Assembly (NCBI GenBank): GCA_965199715.1
Contig: OZ241322.1
Span: 1,376,001 to 1,440,000 of the forward strand
Source: Vicinamibacteria bacterium
Lineage (GTDB): Bacteria > Acidobacteriota > Vicinamibacteria > Marinacidobacterales > Marinacidobacteraceae
Direction of reading: 5' to 3'
DNA: 64,000 nt
The notes below the pieces were generated by a model. It was not told the origin of the DNA and searched no databases. It saw only the letters and a program-made list of their open reading frames with translations. This document shows, piece by piece, positions 21,197 through 31,876 of this stretch. Each line of letters begins with the position of its first letter. Positions within the stretch are counted from its first letter, which is position 1. A program made the position numbers and the translations under genes.

Positions 21197-22120
21197 TCAG
21201 AGAATCGCCCACGCGACGTAGGCGGCGTAGGCGGCCAGCAACGCGGCGCCCTCGGTGCGGGTCAGCCGCTTGCCCGTCCACAGGAACCAGCCCGCGACGA
21301 GCGTGAGAACGATGACCCCCGGAACTTCGCCGGTGACGACTCGGGGATCGACGCCGACCGGGGAGGCCACGGCGGCGACGCCGAGGGCGCCCAGGACGTT
21401 GAACAGGTTGCTCCCGATCACGTTGCCCACCACGATCTGGATCTGGTGGCGCCGGACGGCGGCTACCGAGGTCGCGAGCTCGGGCAGCGAGGTCCCGATC
21501 GCGACCACGGTGAACCCGACCGTGACCTCCGAAACCCCGAGCCCCCGGGCGATGTCCGAGGCGCCGCGCACGAGGAAGTCGGCCCCGACGACGAGCGCCG
21601 CGAGACCGGCCAGAACGAGCAGCAGGCTGCGCCCGACTCCGGCGGCCTCGTCTTCCTCGGCCGGCGCCGGAAAGTCGCGGCTCCAGCGGATCGAGAGCAG
21701 GTTGAACGCGAGAAGGAGCCCGACGAGCGCCGCTCCCCAGCCGCGCCCCACCTCGCCGGCGAGAGCGAGCGGAAGCAGCAGCAGCGTCGCGAGCAGCATG
21801 CACCAGTACTCGCGCCGGATGCGCGGCCAGCCCACGTCGAACGCCTTGAGGACCGCGGTCACGCCGAGGATCAGGCCGAGGTTCGCGGCGTTGCTGCCGA
21901 TCACGTTGCCGACCGCGATTCCCGGGCTGTCGCGCAGGACGGCGACGAGGCTTGCGCCGATCTCGGGCGCGGAGGTTCCCCAGGCGATGACGGTGAGCCC
22001 GATCACCAGCGCGCTGATGCGCAGGCGCCGGGCGAGCGACGCCGCGCCGTCCACCAGCCAGTCGGCGCCGAACGCCAACCCGGCGAGGCCGAGCGCCACG
22101 AACACCGAGGAAAGCAACAA
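21197..22120 (-). CDS. calcium/sodium antiporter (YrbG family); start uncertain
   Basis: Two alpha repeats: GTSAPE...GNVIGSN and GTSLPEL...GNVIGSNLFN. Confidence 0.9.
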   Translation of the reverse strand: MLLSSVFVALGLAGLAFGADWLVDGAASLARRLRISALVIGLTVIAWGTSAPEIGASLVAVLRDSPGIAVGNVIGSNAANLGLILGVTAVLKAFDVGWPRIRREYWCMLLATLLLLPLALAGEVGRGWGAALVGLLLAFNLLSIRWSRDFPAPAEEDEAAGVGRSLLLVLAGLAALVVGADFLVRGASDIARGLGVSEVTVGFTVVAIGTSLPELATSVAAVRRHQIQIVVGNVIGSNLFNVLGALGVAAVASPVGVDPRVVTGEVPGVIVLTLVAGWFLWTGKRLTRTEGAALLAAYAAYVAWAIL

Positions 22121-22146
22121 GGAAGCGCAAGCGTACCGGAGGGTGC

Positions 22147-22200
22147 GTTTTCCCCAACGAGGACGGGGTTTTCCACAAATTGGGGAATACGGGGAAAACC
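22147..22200. promoter_or_regulatory. nested inverted repeats / DnaA-box-like motifs in a divergent intergenic region
   Basis: GTTTTCCCC(22147)/GGGGAAAAC(22191); TTCCCCAA(22150)/TTGGGGAA(22180); TTTTCCACA at 22169. Confidence 0.45.
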
Positions 22201-22296
22201 CGGGCGCCCGAACCGGCGGAATAGACTTCGGGGGAACCCGTGGTTGCGTTGCGTCGTCTTGTGTGCGAGTGCCTGAAGCGCGCCGGGAGGACGAGT

Positions 22297-23787
22297 ATGG
22301 GACAGCGCGTCGCGACTGCATTGCTCGCCGCGCTCCTCGGCGCGACGGGCGCGAGCGGCGGGCAGCAGGCGGCGGGGCCGGCCGAATCGGTGCTCGCGCA
22401 GTACGGCGCGCTCCTCGAGCAGGAGACGCTGAGCTTCACGCTCGACCAGGCCGTGGCCGTCGCGGTGGAGCTCCACCCGGAAGTCCGCTCCCAGCGCGAG
22501 CGGTTCGCCGAGCTCGACGCCTCGATGGACGAGGTCCGCGCCGACTTCCTGCCGAACGTGGACCTCGCGCTCTCCGCGCTCCGGACGCGCGATCCCGGTT
22601 TCAGCAACAGCCCGTTCTTCTCGCGGCTGATCGACGACGGCGGCGGCGGGGGATTCCCCGGCGGCGACCCGTCCGCGTTCGGCGGGGCCTTCACCTTCGG
22701 CACCTACCTGTGGGACTTTCAGCTCTCGCAGACCCTGTGGTCGCAGGGATGGCTGAGCTCCGCCGCCGCGGTCCGCGCCAGCCGGGAGCGGGTGTCCCTG
22801 ACGCTCGCCGAGACGCAGAACCGGATCGCCCGCGACACGGCGCACCGGGTCTATTCGTGGCTGCTTTCCTCGCGCACTCGCGACGTCCTCGAGGAGGCGG
22901 TCCGCGTGCGGGAACGCGCCCTCGACGTGGCGCGGGACCGGCTCGATTTCGGGGCCGGCGAGCGGCTGGACGTGCTGCGCGCCCAAGTCGCGCTGGCGCG
23001 GCTGCGCCGGGACCTCCGAGCGGTCGAGGAGACGCTCTCGGTCGAGCAGGCGGGCGTGAACGCGCTCGTCGGCCGGGATCAGGACAAGGCGATCGAGGTG
23101 ATCGACACGCTGCGCCTGCCCGATCCCCTGCCGCGGCTGCTTCCCGTCGAGGCGCTCGCCGAGATCGCGAGCGTGACCCGTCCGGCGGTCCGGCAATACG
23201 CCAAGGATCGCGAGATCCTCCGGATCGAGGGGGACGCGACGGTCGCCCGCCTCCGGCCCGAGGTCAGCGGGAACGCGAGCTTCGGCGTCAGCACCTTCGC
23301 GCTCGGCAACACCACCGAGATCGACCGCCGCAACTGGACCGTCGGGGTCCGGCTCAACTGGACGCTGTTCGACGGGCTGCGCACGCCGTCGCGGCTCGCG
23401 GCGCTGCGGTCGCAGCAGACGCGCAGCGAGTGGGACCAGTCGGAGTACGAGGCCACGGTCGAGGTGCTGTTGCGCGACCAGGTGCGCCGCTGGAACGACG
23501 CGCTGACCGCCATCGAGGACGCGCAGCTCGCGCTCGAGGAGACCCGCGAGGCCTACCGGATCGCGGCGGCCGAGCGCGACGCCGGCTACGCCATCGAGCT
23601 GATGGTCATGGAGGCGAGCCACCTCGAGCGCGAGGTCGAGCTGGACATGCTGCGCAGCACGCACGACGCCCTGGCCGCGCTGGCCGAGGTGAAGTTCCTC
23701 GTCGGCTTCCACGCCAGCGCGCCGCATTCGGTCGTTTCGGACGTCGGGCCCGCTGCGGCGGACGGCCCGCTCCAGGAGGAGAAGTAA
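22297..23787 (+). CDS. TolC family outer-membrane efflux protein
   Basis: Signal peptide, TLDQAVAVA, FLPNVDL, VGVRLNWTLFDG; GGAGG RBS. Confidence 0.88.
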   Translation: MGQRVATALLAALLGATGASGGQQAAGPAESVLAQYGALLEQETLSFTLDQAVAVAVELHPEVRSQRERFAELDASMDEVRADFLPNVDLALSALRTRDPGFSNSPFFSRLIDDGGGGGFPGGDPSAFGGAFTFGTYLWDFQLSQTLWSQGWLSSAAAVRASRERVSLTLAETQNRIARDTAHRVYSWLLSSRTRDVLEEAVRVRERALDVARDRLDFGAGERLDVLRAQVALARLRRDLRAVEETLSVEQAGVNALVGRDQDKAIEVIDTLRLPDPLPRLLPVEALAEIASVTRPAVRQYAKDREILRIEGDATVARLRPEVSGNASFGVSTFALGNTTEIDRRNWTVGVRLNWTLFDGLRTPSRLAALRSQQTRSEWDQSEYEATVEVLLRDQVRRWNDALTAIEDAQLALEETREAYRIAAAERDAGYAIELMVMEASHLEREVELDMLRSTHDALAALAEVKFLVGFHASAPHSVVSDVGPAAADGPLQEEK

Positions 23788-23788
23788 C

Positions 23789-24871
23789 GTGATCCGCAAG
23801 TTCCGGCGCCGCCGCCCCGCCGTCATCGCGCTCGCCGTCGCGCTCGTCGGGGCGGTTGCGCCGTCCGGCTGCGGCGCCGCCGGAGAATCCGGCGAGGCCC
23901 CGGCGGAGGCCCGCGACCTGCGCGTCCCCGTCGAGACCGCGACGATCACCCCGGAGACGCTCGTGGACGTGCTGCAGATCGCGGGGCGGCTCGAGCCGGC
24001 CGCCGAGGTGCGCGTGGCCGCCGAGCTGGGCGGCACGGTGTCCGACGTCCTCTTCGACAAGGGAGACCAGGTGGAGCCGGGCGCGCCGCTGGCGCGGGTC
24101 GGCGTGGACCTTCTGGAGGCCGCGGTCCGCGAGGCCGAGGTCTTCCTCGACGGGGTCCGGGTGGACTTCGAGCGGGCCCGGGCGCTCAAGGAGCGCGACG
24201 CGGCTCCCGCTCGCGAGTTCGAAGCGGCGGAGGCCGCGCTCGACAACGCCGAGGCGCGCCTCGCCACGGCCCGGATCCGCCTGTCGCGCTCGGCGATCGT
24301 CGCCCCGTCGGGCGGCGTCGTGGTGGAGCGGCACGTGGAGCCAGGAGAGGTCCTCGCCCCGGGGAGTCCGGTCGCGGACCTCCACCGGATCGCGACGCTG
24401 CGCGCCACGATCGGGATCCCGGAGCGGGACATCGCCTTCTTTCGCGTCGGCTCCCCCGCCGTGCTGACCCTCGACTCCTATCCGGGCGAACGGTTCGAGG
24501 GGCAGGTCGCGTGGATCGCGCCGGCCGCGTCCTCGCCGGGCCGGGTGTTCGAGTCCGAAATCGAGGTTCCCAACCCCGACCGGATGCTGCGCTCCGGCCT
24601 GATCGTGCGGGCCGACCTCGAGCGGCAGGTCTTCGAGGACGCGGTCGTCGTGGCGCGGGACCTGGTGGTCGAGCGCGACGGGGCGCCGCACGTGTTCGTC
24701 CTTGACGGAGACCGCGTCGAGATGCGGCGCGTGGAGCTCGGGCCGGGCCGGGGCGACCAGGTGATGGTGGCGTCGGGCCTCGAGATCGGGGAGACGGTGG
24801 TCGTCGCCGGGCACCGGGACCTGCTCGACGGCCAGGAAGTGCGCGTCGCCGGCGGAGGATCGGGCGAATGA
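23789..24871 (+). CDS. RND efflux periplasmic adaptor subunit
   Basis: VAAELGGTV..V..DKGDQV, IVAPSGGVV, VELG...GL..GETVVVAG. Confidence 0.9.
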   Translation: MIRKFRRRRPAVIALAVALVGAVAPSGCGAAGESGEAPAEARDLRVPVETATITPETLVDVLQIAGRLEPAAEVRVAAELGGTVSDVLFDKGDQVEPGAPLARVGVDLLEAAVREAEVFLDGVRVDFERARALKERDAAPAREFEAAEAALDNAEARLATARIRLSRSAIVAPSGGVVVERHVEPGEVLAPGSPVADLHRIATLRATIGIPERDIAFFRVGSPAVLTLDSYPGERFEGQVAWIAPAASSPGRVFESEIEVPNPDRMLRSGLIVRADLERQVFEDAVVVARDLVVERDGAPHVFVLDGDRVEMRRVELGPGRGDQVMVASGLEIGETVVVAGHRDLLDGQEVRVAGGGSGE

Positions 24872-27800
24872 CCCAGAAGAAGGAAAACTGGGACGCCGTC
24901 CATTTCCACGACGCGCCGAAGCTGAAGTGGACCCGCAACGCGATCGGCCACCCGCTCACGGTGTACTTCTTCATCGCCGTGATCTGCCTCGCCGGCGTGG
25001 GCGTGTACACCTCGCTGCCCAGGGAGTCGTTCCCCGAGGTCGAGGTCCCGTTGGTCCTCGTCCACACGATCTACCCGGGAGTCAGCCCGACCGACATGGA
25101 AGCGGTGGTGACGCGGCCGATCGAAACCGAGATCAAGGCGGTGAGCGGCGTCAAGGAGATGCGCTCCACGACGAGCGAGGGCGTCTCGATCATCGAGGTC
25201 GAGTTCGAGACCGGCGAGGACCGGCAGGAAGTCCTCACGCTGGTGCGCGAGCAGGTGGACCTCGCCCGTCCGCTGCTCCCGGCGGAGGCCGAGGAGCCGC
25301 TGGTCCGGGATCTCGACTTCGCGGAATTCCCGGTCATGGTGGCCACGCTCTCGGGGCCGGTGGGCGCCGGACGGCTGACCGACGTGGCGGAGGAGGTCCA
25401 GGAGGATCTCGAGACGCTCGCCGGCGTCAGTCAGGTGAGCCTCGTCGGCGGCCGGGAGCGCGAGGTCGAGGTGCAGGTGGACCCCAAGCGGCTCCAGTTG
25501 TTCGAGCTCAGCCTCACCGACGTGGTCGCCGCGATCGCCCGCGAGAACCGCAACGTTCCCGGCGGGGAGATCAACATCGGCGGCCTCGACTACCTGGTCC
25601 GCCTGCCCGCCGAGATCCGCGATCCCTCGCAGATCGAGGACTTCGTCGTCAAGGTGCGCGAGGGCGATCCGGTGTTCATCCGCGACGTGGCCGACGTCCG
25701 GTTCGGGTTCAAGGACGAGGAGACCCGGTCCCGGGTGGATCGGGAGCCGGCGGTGACCCTGACGATCACGAAGCAAGCCGGCGCGAACCTCGTCGGGGTC
25801 GCGGACCTCGTCAACGAGCGGCTGGACGACTGGGACGACCGGCTGCCGCCGGGAGTCCAGACGGCCGTCATCGGCGACATCTCGGTGGAGATCCGCCGGA
25901 TGGTGAACGAGCTGGAGAACAACGTCATCTCCGGGCTGCTGCTGGTCGTGGCCTGCCTCATGGCCTTCGTGGGGCTGCGCAACTCGTTCTTCGTCGGCGT
26001 GGCCATTCCGTTCTCGATGCTGCTGGCCTTCCTCGCCATCGGCGCGATCGGCTACACGCTGAACATGATGGTGCTGTTCAGCCTGATCCTAATGCTCGGG
26101 ATGCTGGTGGACAACGCGGTCGTGATCGTGGAGAACATCTACCGGCACCGGGAAATGGGCGAATCCGGGAAGGAGGCCGCGCTGCGGGCCACCCGGGAAG
26201 TCGCGAGCCCGGTGATCGCCTCGACGATCACGACGCTGTGCGCGTTCTCGCCGCTGCTGGTCTGGCCCGGCATGATCGGGAGCTTCATGTCGTACCTGCC
26301 GGTGACCGTCATCATCGGCCTCTCCGCGTCGCTTCTCGTCGCCCTCATCATCAATCCCACGCTGTGCGCCCACCTGATGCGGGCGCCGAAGGCGGTGCGC
26401 GCCGCGCGGGCGGCGGGGGTCCCGTTCGAGGCCCCGCCGCTCGGTTCGGCGGAAGCGATCGCGAACGAGCACGCTTTCCGCCGCGCCTATCGCCACACGC
26501 TCGAATGGGCGCTCGTGCGGGGCGAGAACGAGGGCAGCCGTAGCTGGATGCTGAGGAACTGGGCCCTTCCGACCGTGTTCACGCTGAGCAGCACCACCGC
26601 CATCGTGCTCGCGATGGGGGGCATGTCCACCGGGGCCAGCTCGCTGTTCGCGCCGGCCGCGGCGCTCGGCGGACTCGCGCTGGTCGCCTTCCTGCTCCAG
26701 GGAGTCCTGTGGGCCTCATGGACGCTCGTGCGGCGGCTCTTCGGCTGGGGGCCCTACATCACGGACCACCGGGCCGGAATCATCTGGGCCATGGGTTCCC
26801 TGCTGTTCGTGACCGTGGGGGTGTACGCGTTCGTCGGACCGGGCACCGAGCTGTTTCCGGACGTGGAGCCCCGGCAGATCACGATCAACATCGACGCGCC
26901 GACCGGAACGGGCCTCGAGTCCTCGAACGCGCTCGTGGCCGTGGTCGAGCAGCTCACCGGGGACACGCCGGATCTCCAGAACCAGGTGGCGAGCGTCGGC
27001 GGCGCGACCGTCGGCGTGAACCCCGGCGAGAACATGGGAGGGGGCCGGCAGCACGTCAGCCAGGTCTCCCTCTACCTCCACGAACGGACCGAGCGGCAGC
27101 AGCGCGACTCCTTCGTCACGATGGAGCAGGTGCGGGCGCAGCTCGCCGGGCTGGTGGGCGCCGACGTCAAGGTGGACAAGCCCGACGACGGCCCCCCGAC
27201 CGGAGCCGCGGTCTCGGTCCGGATCATGGGCGACGACCTCGACGAGCTCTCCCGGCTCGCCGAAGTCGCCGAGTCGCGCATCCGGGACGTGGACGGCCTC
27301 GTGAACCTCGACAGCGACATCGAGGCCGGCAGCCCCGAGTTCGTCGTGGACGTGAACCGCGAGGAGGCGATGCGGGCCGGCGTGAACACCCAGATCATCG
27401 CCGCCACCGTCCAGACCGGCGTCCTCGGCGCCGAGGCGTCGAAGTACCGGGTGGCGGAGGACGAGCACGACATCCGCGTCCGCCTGATTCCCGAGGCCCG
27501 CGAATCGCTCGACGCCATCTCCGAGCTCACGGTGCCCGACAAGGACGGCCTGCCGGTGCCCATCCGCACGGTGGCGTCGATCCGCCAGTCGATCGGGCCC
27601 GCCGCGGTGCACCGGGTGGACATGAACCGGACCGTCACTCTCGAGGGCGATGTCGCGCAGGAGTCGGGGCGCACCGACGGGGCGGTGCGGGACGACGTCG
27701 CCGCCGAGATGGAGGCCATGGACTGGCCTCCCGGCTATCGCTGGGAGTTCTCGGGATCCAACGAGGAGGAGCTCGCGGCCACCGCATTCCTCTCCCGCGC

Positions 27801-28374
27801 CTTCGTGATCGCGGTGCTGCTCATCCTCGGCGTGCTGGTCACCCAGTTCGACTCGCTGGTGCTGCCGCTCGTCATCACCTCCTCGGTGGCGCTCTCGATG
27901 ATCGGCGTCTTCTGGGGGCTGATCCTGACGGCGACCCCGTTCGGGATCATCATGACCGGGATCGGGGTGATCTCGCTGGTCGGGATCGTGGTGAACAACG
28001 CGATCGTGCTGCTGGACTTCATCCGCCAGTTGCGACGCGACGGGATGAGCCGGCGCGAAGCGGTCGTGACCGCGGGCTCGATCCGGCTGCGCCCGGTGCT
28101 GCTGACCGCCATCACGACGGTGCTGGGGCTGATCCCGTTGACCGTCGGAGTGAACGTGGACTTCTTCAACCAGACGATCACGACCGGAGGCGAGAGTTCG
28201 CAGTTCTGGTCGGCGATGGGAGTCGCCGTGATTTTCGGCCTGTGCGTCTCGACCGCGCTGACGCTGATCGTCGTCCCCGTCATGTACGACGCGGTGGACG
28301 GCTCCGTCGAGAGGTTCGGCGAGTGGCGGCGCAGCCGGAAGCAGGCCGCCGCCGCTCTCAACCCGGCCGGCTAA
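24868..28374 (+). CDS. RND efflux permease (AcrB/AcrD/AcrF family)
   Basis: LPRESFPEV, GMLVDNAVVIVENIYR, GIVVNNAIVL, RLRPVLLTAITT. Confidence 0.95.
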   Translation: MTQKKENWDAVHFHDAPKLKWTRNAIGHPLTVYFFIAVICLAGVGVYTSLPRESFPEVEVPLVLVHTIYPGVSPTDMEAVVTRPIETEIKAVSGVKEMRSTTSEGVSIIEVEFETGEDRQEVLTLVREQVDLARPLLPAEAEEPLVRDLDFAEFPVMVATLSGPVGAGRLTDVAEEVQEDLETLAGVSQVSLVGGREREVEVQVDPKRLQLFELSLTDVVAAIARENRNVPGGEINIGGLDYLVRLPAEIRDPSQIEDFVVKVREGDPVFIRDVADVRFGFKDEETRSRVDREPAVTLTITKQAGANLVGVADLVNERLDDWDDRLPPGVQTAVIGDISVEIRRMVNELENNVISGLLLVVACLMAFVGLRNSFFVGVAIPFSMLLAFLAIGAIGYTLNMMVLFSLILMLGMLVDNAVVIVENIYRHREMGESGKEAALRATREVASPVIASTITTLCAFSPLLVWPGMIGSFMSYLPVTVIIGLSASLLVALIINPTLCAHLMRAPKAVRAARAAGVPFEAPPLGSAEAIANEHAFRRAYRHTLEWALVRGENEGSRSWMLRNWALPTVFTLSSTTAIVLAMGGMSTGASSLFAPAAALGGLALVAFLLQGVLWASWTLVRRLFGWGPYITDHRAGIIWAMGSLLFVTVGVYAFVGPGTELFPDVEPRQITINIDAPTGTGLESSNALVAVVEQLTGDTPDLQNQVASVGGATVGVNPGENMGGGRQHVSQVSLYLHERTERQQRDSFVTMEQVRAQLAGLVGADVKVDKPDDGPPTGAAVSVRIMGDDLDELSRLAEVAESRIRDVDGLVNLDSDIEAGSPEFVVDVNREEAMRAGVNTQIIAATVQTGVLGAEASKYRVAEDEHDIRVRLIPEARESLDAISELTVPDKDGLPVPIRTVASIRQSIGPAAVHRVDMNRTVTLEGDVAQESGRTDGAVRDDVAAEMEAMDWPPGYRWEFSGSNEEELAATAFLSRAFVIAVLLILGVLVTQFDSLVLPLVITSSVALSMIGVFWGLILTATPFGIIMTGIGVISLVGIVVNNAIVLLDFIRQLRRDGMSRREAVVTAGSIRLRPVLLTAITTVLGLIPLTVGVNVDFFNQTITTGGESSQFWSAMGVAVIFGLCVSTALTLIVVPVMYDAVDGSVERFGEWRRSRKQAAAALNPAG

Positions 28375-30320
28375 CCGGGCGCGAACAGGTTTCGCGCGCG
28401 GTCGAGGCTGTCCGGGTCGCCCAGCAGCACCAGCGTGTCGCCCTTCCGGTAGCGCGCCTCGGCCTGGCCCTCGCGGATCGGCCGTTGGTCCCGGATGAGC
28501 GCGACCTGGATGACGCCCGTCGCCTTGCGCAGGTCGAGCGAGGCGGCCGATTCCCCGAACGCCGCCTCGACCTCGATCAGGTCGAGCGCTTCGTGGAACC
28601 CGAGCTGCTTGAGCCGGTCCAGCCGGAGGCCGGCGTGCTCCCGATCGCGGAAGAGGCCGTAGTGCTCGGCGCGGAGCGATTCGAGCCGCCGCCAGATCCG
28701 GGTCGGGGGCGCGCCGTAGGACTCGAGCGCGCGGGCGAAGAGCTCCACTGAGGCTTCGAACTCCTCGACGACCACGTGGGTGGCTCCCAGCGCCAGAAGC
28801 TCGTCGATCGCCCGGACGAAGCGCGTCCGCACGAGGACGCGGACCTCGGGATTCAGGTCGCGGGCGGCGGCGGCCCCGCGCCGCTCGGCCTCGAGCGAAT
28901 TGATCGCGAAGACGACGGCGCGGGCGTTCGCGATCCCGGCGCGGCGCAGGAGCCCTTCGCCCGCGCCGTCGCCGTACAGCGCCGTGACTTCGTCGGCCCG
29001 AGCCTGCCGGACGAGGCTCAGGTTCTCGTCCACGACGACGACGCCCACGCCCGCCGCCTTGAGGGCGCGGGCGAGGTAGCGACCGGCGAGGCCGTAGCCG
29101 ACGACGATCGTGTGATCGGCGAGCCCGCCGGTCCGCTCGTCCTCCGGATCGGGCGCGTCGCGCCGGAGCCGCGCGGAAACCGCCGGGCCGACGTGGATCA
29201 GCAGCGGCGCGACCGCCATCGAGAGCACCGCCACGCCGAGGAACAACTGGTAGTGGTCGCCGAGGAAGAGGCCGAGCGGCAGACCGACAGCCGCGAGGAG
29301 GAAGGCGAACTCGCCCACGTGGGCGAGGCCCAGTCCGACCGGAGCCGCCGTCGGGAGCCGGGCGCCCCCCGCGAGGACGCCGGCGGCGGCCAGGAGCGAC
29401 TTCGCGACCAACGCGGCGGCGACGATCCCGAGCACGACGAGCGGCTGCGCGAGCAGGGCGTCGGGCTCGAGCAGCATCCCGACCGACGCGAAGAACACCG
29501 CGCTGAACAACGCGCGGAACGGCAGCACGTCCGACAGCGCCTGCGCGCCGTAGCGGGATCCGGAGAGGATGAGTCCGGCGATGAAGGCCCCGATCGCGAG
29601 CGAGAAGCCGGCGCGGAAGGAGACGAACGCCGCGCCGAAGGCGAGGAACGCGATGCACAGCGTGAACAGCTCGCGATCCCGCAGCAGCGCGATCCGGCCG
29701 AGCGCCCACGGGGCGACGACCCGGCCGCCGAGGACGAGCGCCGCGATGATGAAGAGGCCCCGGCCGAGCTCCCGGACCGCCGCGCCGGCGGCGGCGCCCT
29801 CGAACCCGCCGAGCAGCGGCAGCGCGAGCACGAGCGGCAGCACCGCGAAGTCCTGATAGACGAGCAGCGCGATGGAAGCCCTGCCGACCGGCGCGTCCAG
29901 CTCGCCCCGGTCGGCGAAGCTGCGCGAGACGATCGCGGTGGAGGACATCGACGCGAGCGCCCCGTAGAAGAGCGCGCTCGGAACCGGGACTCCGAGCGCC
30001 AGCGCGCCGAGGAAGAAGGCGCCGATCGTTCCGAGGACCTGGATCGAGCCCCCGACGAGGATCATCCGGGCCCAATGCCGAACCTTCGCGGGCGACAGTT
30101 CGAGCCCGACGGCGAACAGGAGCAGCGCGACGCCGAGCTCCATCAGGGTCTTGATGGAGTCGGGGACCGCGATCAGGCCGAGTCCGGCCGGCCCGACGAG
30201 CACGCCGGAGAGCACGAAGCCGAGAAGCGGCGGGGCCTTGATCCGGTGCGCGAGCGCCACGATCGGGATCGCGAGCCCGGCGAGCAGCAGCAGGTCAGGC
30301 AGCAGTCCAATGTCGATCAC
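28371..30320 (-). CDS. CPA2/Kef-type cation:proton antiporter with TrkA-N and TrkA-C domains
   Basis: ELGVALLLFAVGLE, SSTAIV, YQDFAV, GAFIAG, VVGYGLAG, YGD, C-terminal RCK-C. Confidence 0.92.
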   Translation of the reverse strand: MIDIGLLPDLLLLAGLAIPIVALAHRIKAPPLLGFVLSGVLVGPAGLGLIAVPDSIKTLMELGVALLLFAVGLELSPAKVRHWARMILVGGSIQVLGTIGAFFLGALALGVPVPSALFYGALASMSSTAIVSRSFADRGELDAPVGRASIALLVYQDFAVLPLVLALPLLGGFEGAAAGAAVRELGRGLFIIAALVLGGRVVAPWALGRIALLRDRELFTLCIAFLAFGAAFVSFRAGFSLAIGAFIAGLILSGSRYGAQALSDVLPFRALFSAVFFASVGMLLEPDALLAQPLVVLGIVAAALVAKSLLAAAGVLAGGARLPTAAPVGLGLAHVGEFAFLLAAVGLPLGLFLGDHYQLFLGVAVLSMAVAPLLIHVGPAVSARLRRDAPDPEDERTGGLADHTIVVGYGLAGRYLARALKAAGVGVVVVDENLSLVRQARADEVTALYGDGAGEGLLRRAGIANARAVVFAINSLEAERRGAAAARDLNPEVRVLVRTRFVRAIDELLALGATHVVVEEFEASVELFARALESYGAPPTRIWRRLESLRAEHYGLFRDREHAGLRLDRLKQLGFHEALDLIEVEAAFGESAASLDLRKATGVIQVALIRDQRPIREGQAEARYRKGDTLVLLGDPDSLDRARNLFAPG

Positions 30321-30369
30321 GATGCGTCCAGAATCGTTGTCACTCTACCCGGCGGTACGCTCCCCGGCC

Positions 30370-31848
30370 ATGCTCGCCTTGATCCTTCTCCTGGCCGCCG
30401 CAGGGGCCCAAACGGACCGGGAGGTCGTCGCCGAAATCCGCGAGGAGGGCTTCCACCGGTCGGAGCTCCCCGAGACGCTGTCGTACATGACCGACGTGCT
30501 CGGCGGGAGGCTGACGAATTCGCTCGCGATGGACCGGGCGCAGGACTGGGCGATGTCGGAAATGGAACGGATCGGCCTCGACGCCATCGTCCGCGAGCCG
30601 TTCATGGACTACGGGGCGAGCTGGGACAACGAGTTCTTCTCGCTCCACATGACCGCGCCCGGCTACCAGACGCTCGTCGGATACCCGATCGCCCACACGC
30701 CGGGAACCGAGGGCCGGGTGAGCCTCGACGCGGTGATCGCCGACGTCCGCCTGCGCGAGGACCTCGAGCCGCTACGGGGCCGGCTTCGGGGCAAGGCGGT
30801 CCTCTCGACCCCGCCCGCGGCGGTGGACCGCGCGGTCTTCGCGACCGGTCGTCCCGAGCGCAGCGACGAGGAGATGCGCCGGATCGAGCGCGACGTCCTC
30901 CCGGCACGGCCGCGGACGCGCCCGTCGCCCGATCCGCGGCTGCTCACCCCGGTGGAGCGCCTGCGCTTCTTCGTCGAAGAGGGCGCGGCGGCGGTGCTCG
31001 AGTCCCGCAGCGGCTGGCCGGGGGCGGTCCGGGGCTTCGCCCGTCCGGGGGCCAAGGTGGATCGCTGGGACCGAGAGGCCACACTCGCCTCGGTTCCCGT
31101 CGTGGCGGTGACGCCCGAGCACTACAACCGCATGCACCGCATCCTCGGGCGGGGGATTCCGGTGTCGATCGACCTGGAGATCCGCAACCGGCACGGAGCC
31201 GAGCGCACCGAGGCGGAGAACCTGTTCGCCGACATCCCCGGATCGGACCTCGCCGACGAGCTGGTCATGATCGGCGCCCACTTCGACACCTGGCACGCGA
31301 GCCCGAACGCTTCCGACAACACGTCGGGCGCAGCGGTGATGCTGGAGGCGATGCGGATCCTGAAGACGCTCGGGAGAACCCCGCGGCGGACGATCCGGAT
31401 CGCGCTGTGGTCGGGCGAGGAGCAGGGCATCTTCGGTTCGCGGGCCTACGTCGCCCGCCACTTCAGCGACTCCGAGAGCCGGGAGAAGCTGTCGGCGTAC
31501 TTCAACCAGGACTACGGGCCGGGCCGGTATCGGGGGATCTGGCTCCAGGGCAACGAGCATGTCCGCCCGATCTTCGAGGAGTGGGCGGCGCCGCTGGCCG
31601 ACCTCGGGTTCACCATGCTCGCGCCCGGCAGCGTGGGGAGCACGGACCACGTCGCCTTCGACGAGGCCGGCCTGCCCGGTTTCCAGTTCCTCCAGGCGCG
31701 CGTGGGCGGCACTGGCGGCCACACGAATCTGGACTTCCTCGAGACCCTGCCGATCGACGACCTGAAGCGCAACGCCGTCATCACGGCCGTGTTCGCGTGG
31801 CGCGCCTCGATGGCCGACGCGAAGCTCCCGCGGAAGGGCCGCCGCTGA
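30370..31848 (+). CDS. secreted M28 family metallopeptidase with PA-like insert
   Basis: IGAHFDTW, ASDNTSG, WSGEEQG, NQDYG, STDH, HTNLD. Confidence 0.88.
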   Translation: MLALILLLAAAGAQTDREVVAEIREEGFHRSELPETLSYMTDVLGGRLTNSLAMDRAQDWAMSEMERIGLDAIVREPFMDYGASWDNEFFSLHMTAPGYQTLVGYPIAHTPGTEGRVSLDAVIADVRLREDLEPLRGRLRGKAVLSTPPAAVDRAVFATGRPERSDEEMRRIERDVLPARPRTRPSPDPRLLTPVERLRFFVEEGAAAVLESRSGWPGAVRGFARPGAKVDRWDREATLASVPVVAVTPEHYNRMHRILGRGIPVSIDLEIRNRHGAERTEAENLFADIPGSDLADELVMIGAHFDTWHASPNASDNTSGAAVMLEAMRILKTLGRTPRRTIRIALWSGEEQGIFGSRAYVARHFSDSESREKLSAYFNQDYGPGRYRGIWLQGNEHVRPIFEEWAAPLADLGFTMLAPGSVGSTDHVAFDEAGLPGFQFLQARVGGTGGHTNLDFLETLPIDDLKRNAVITAVFAWRASMADAKLPRKGRR

Positions 31849-31876
31849 CCGCAATCGTCATACTTCCGGGCCGCCC

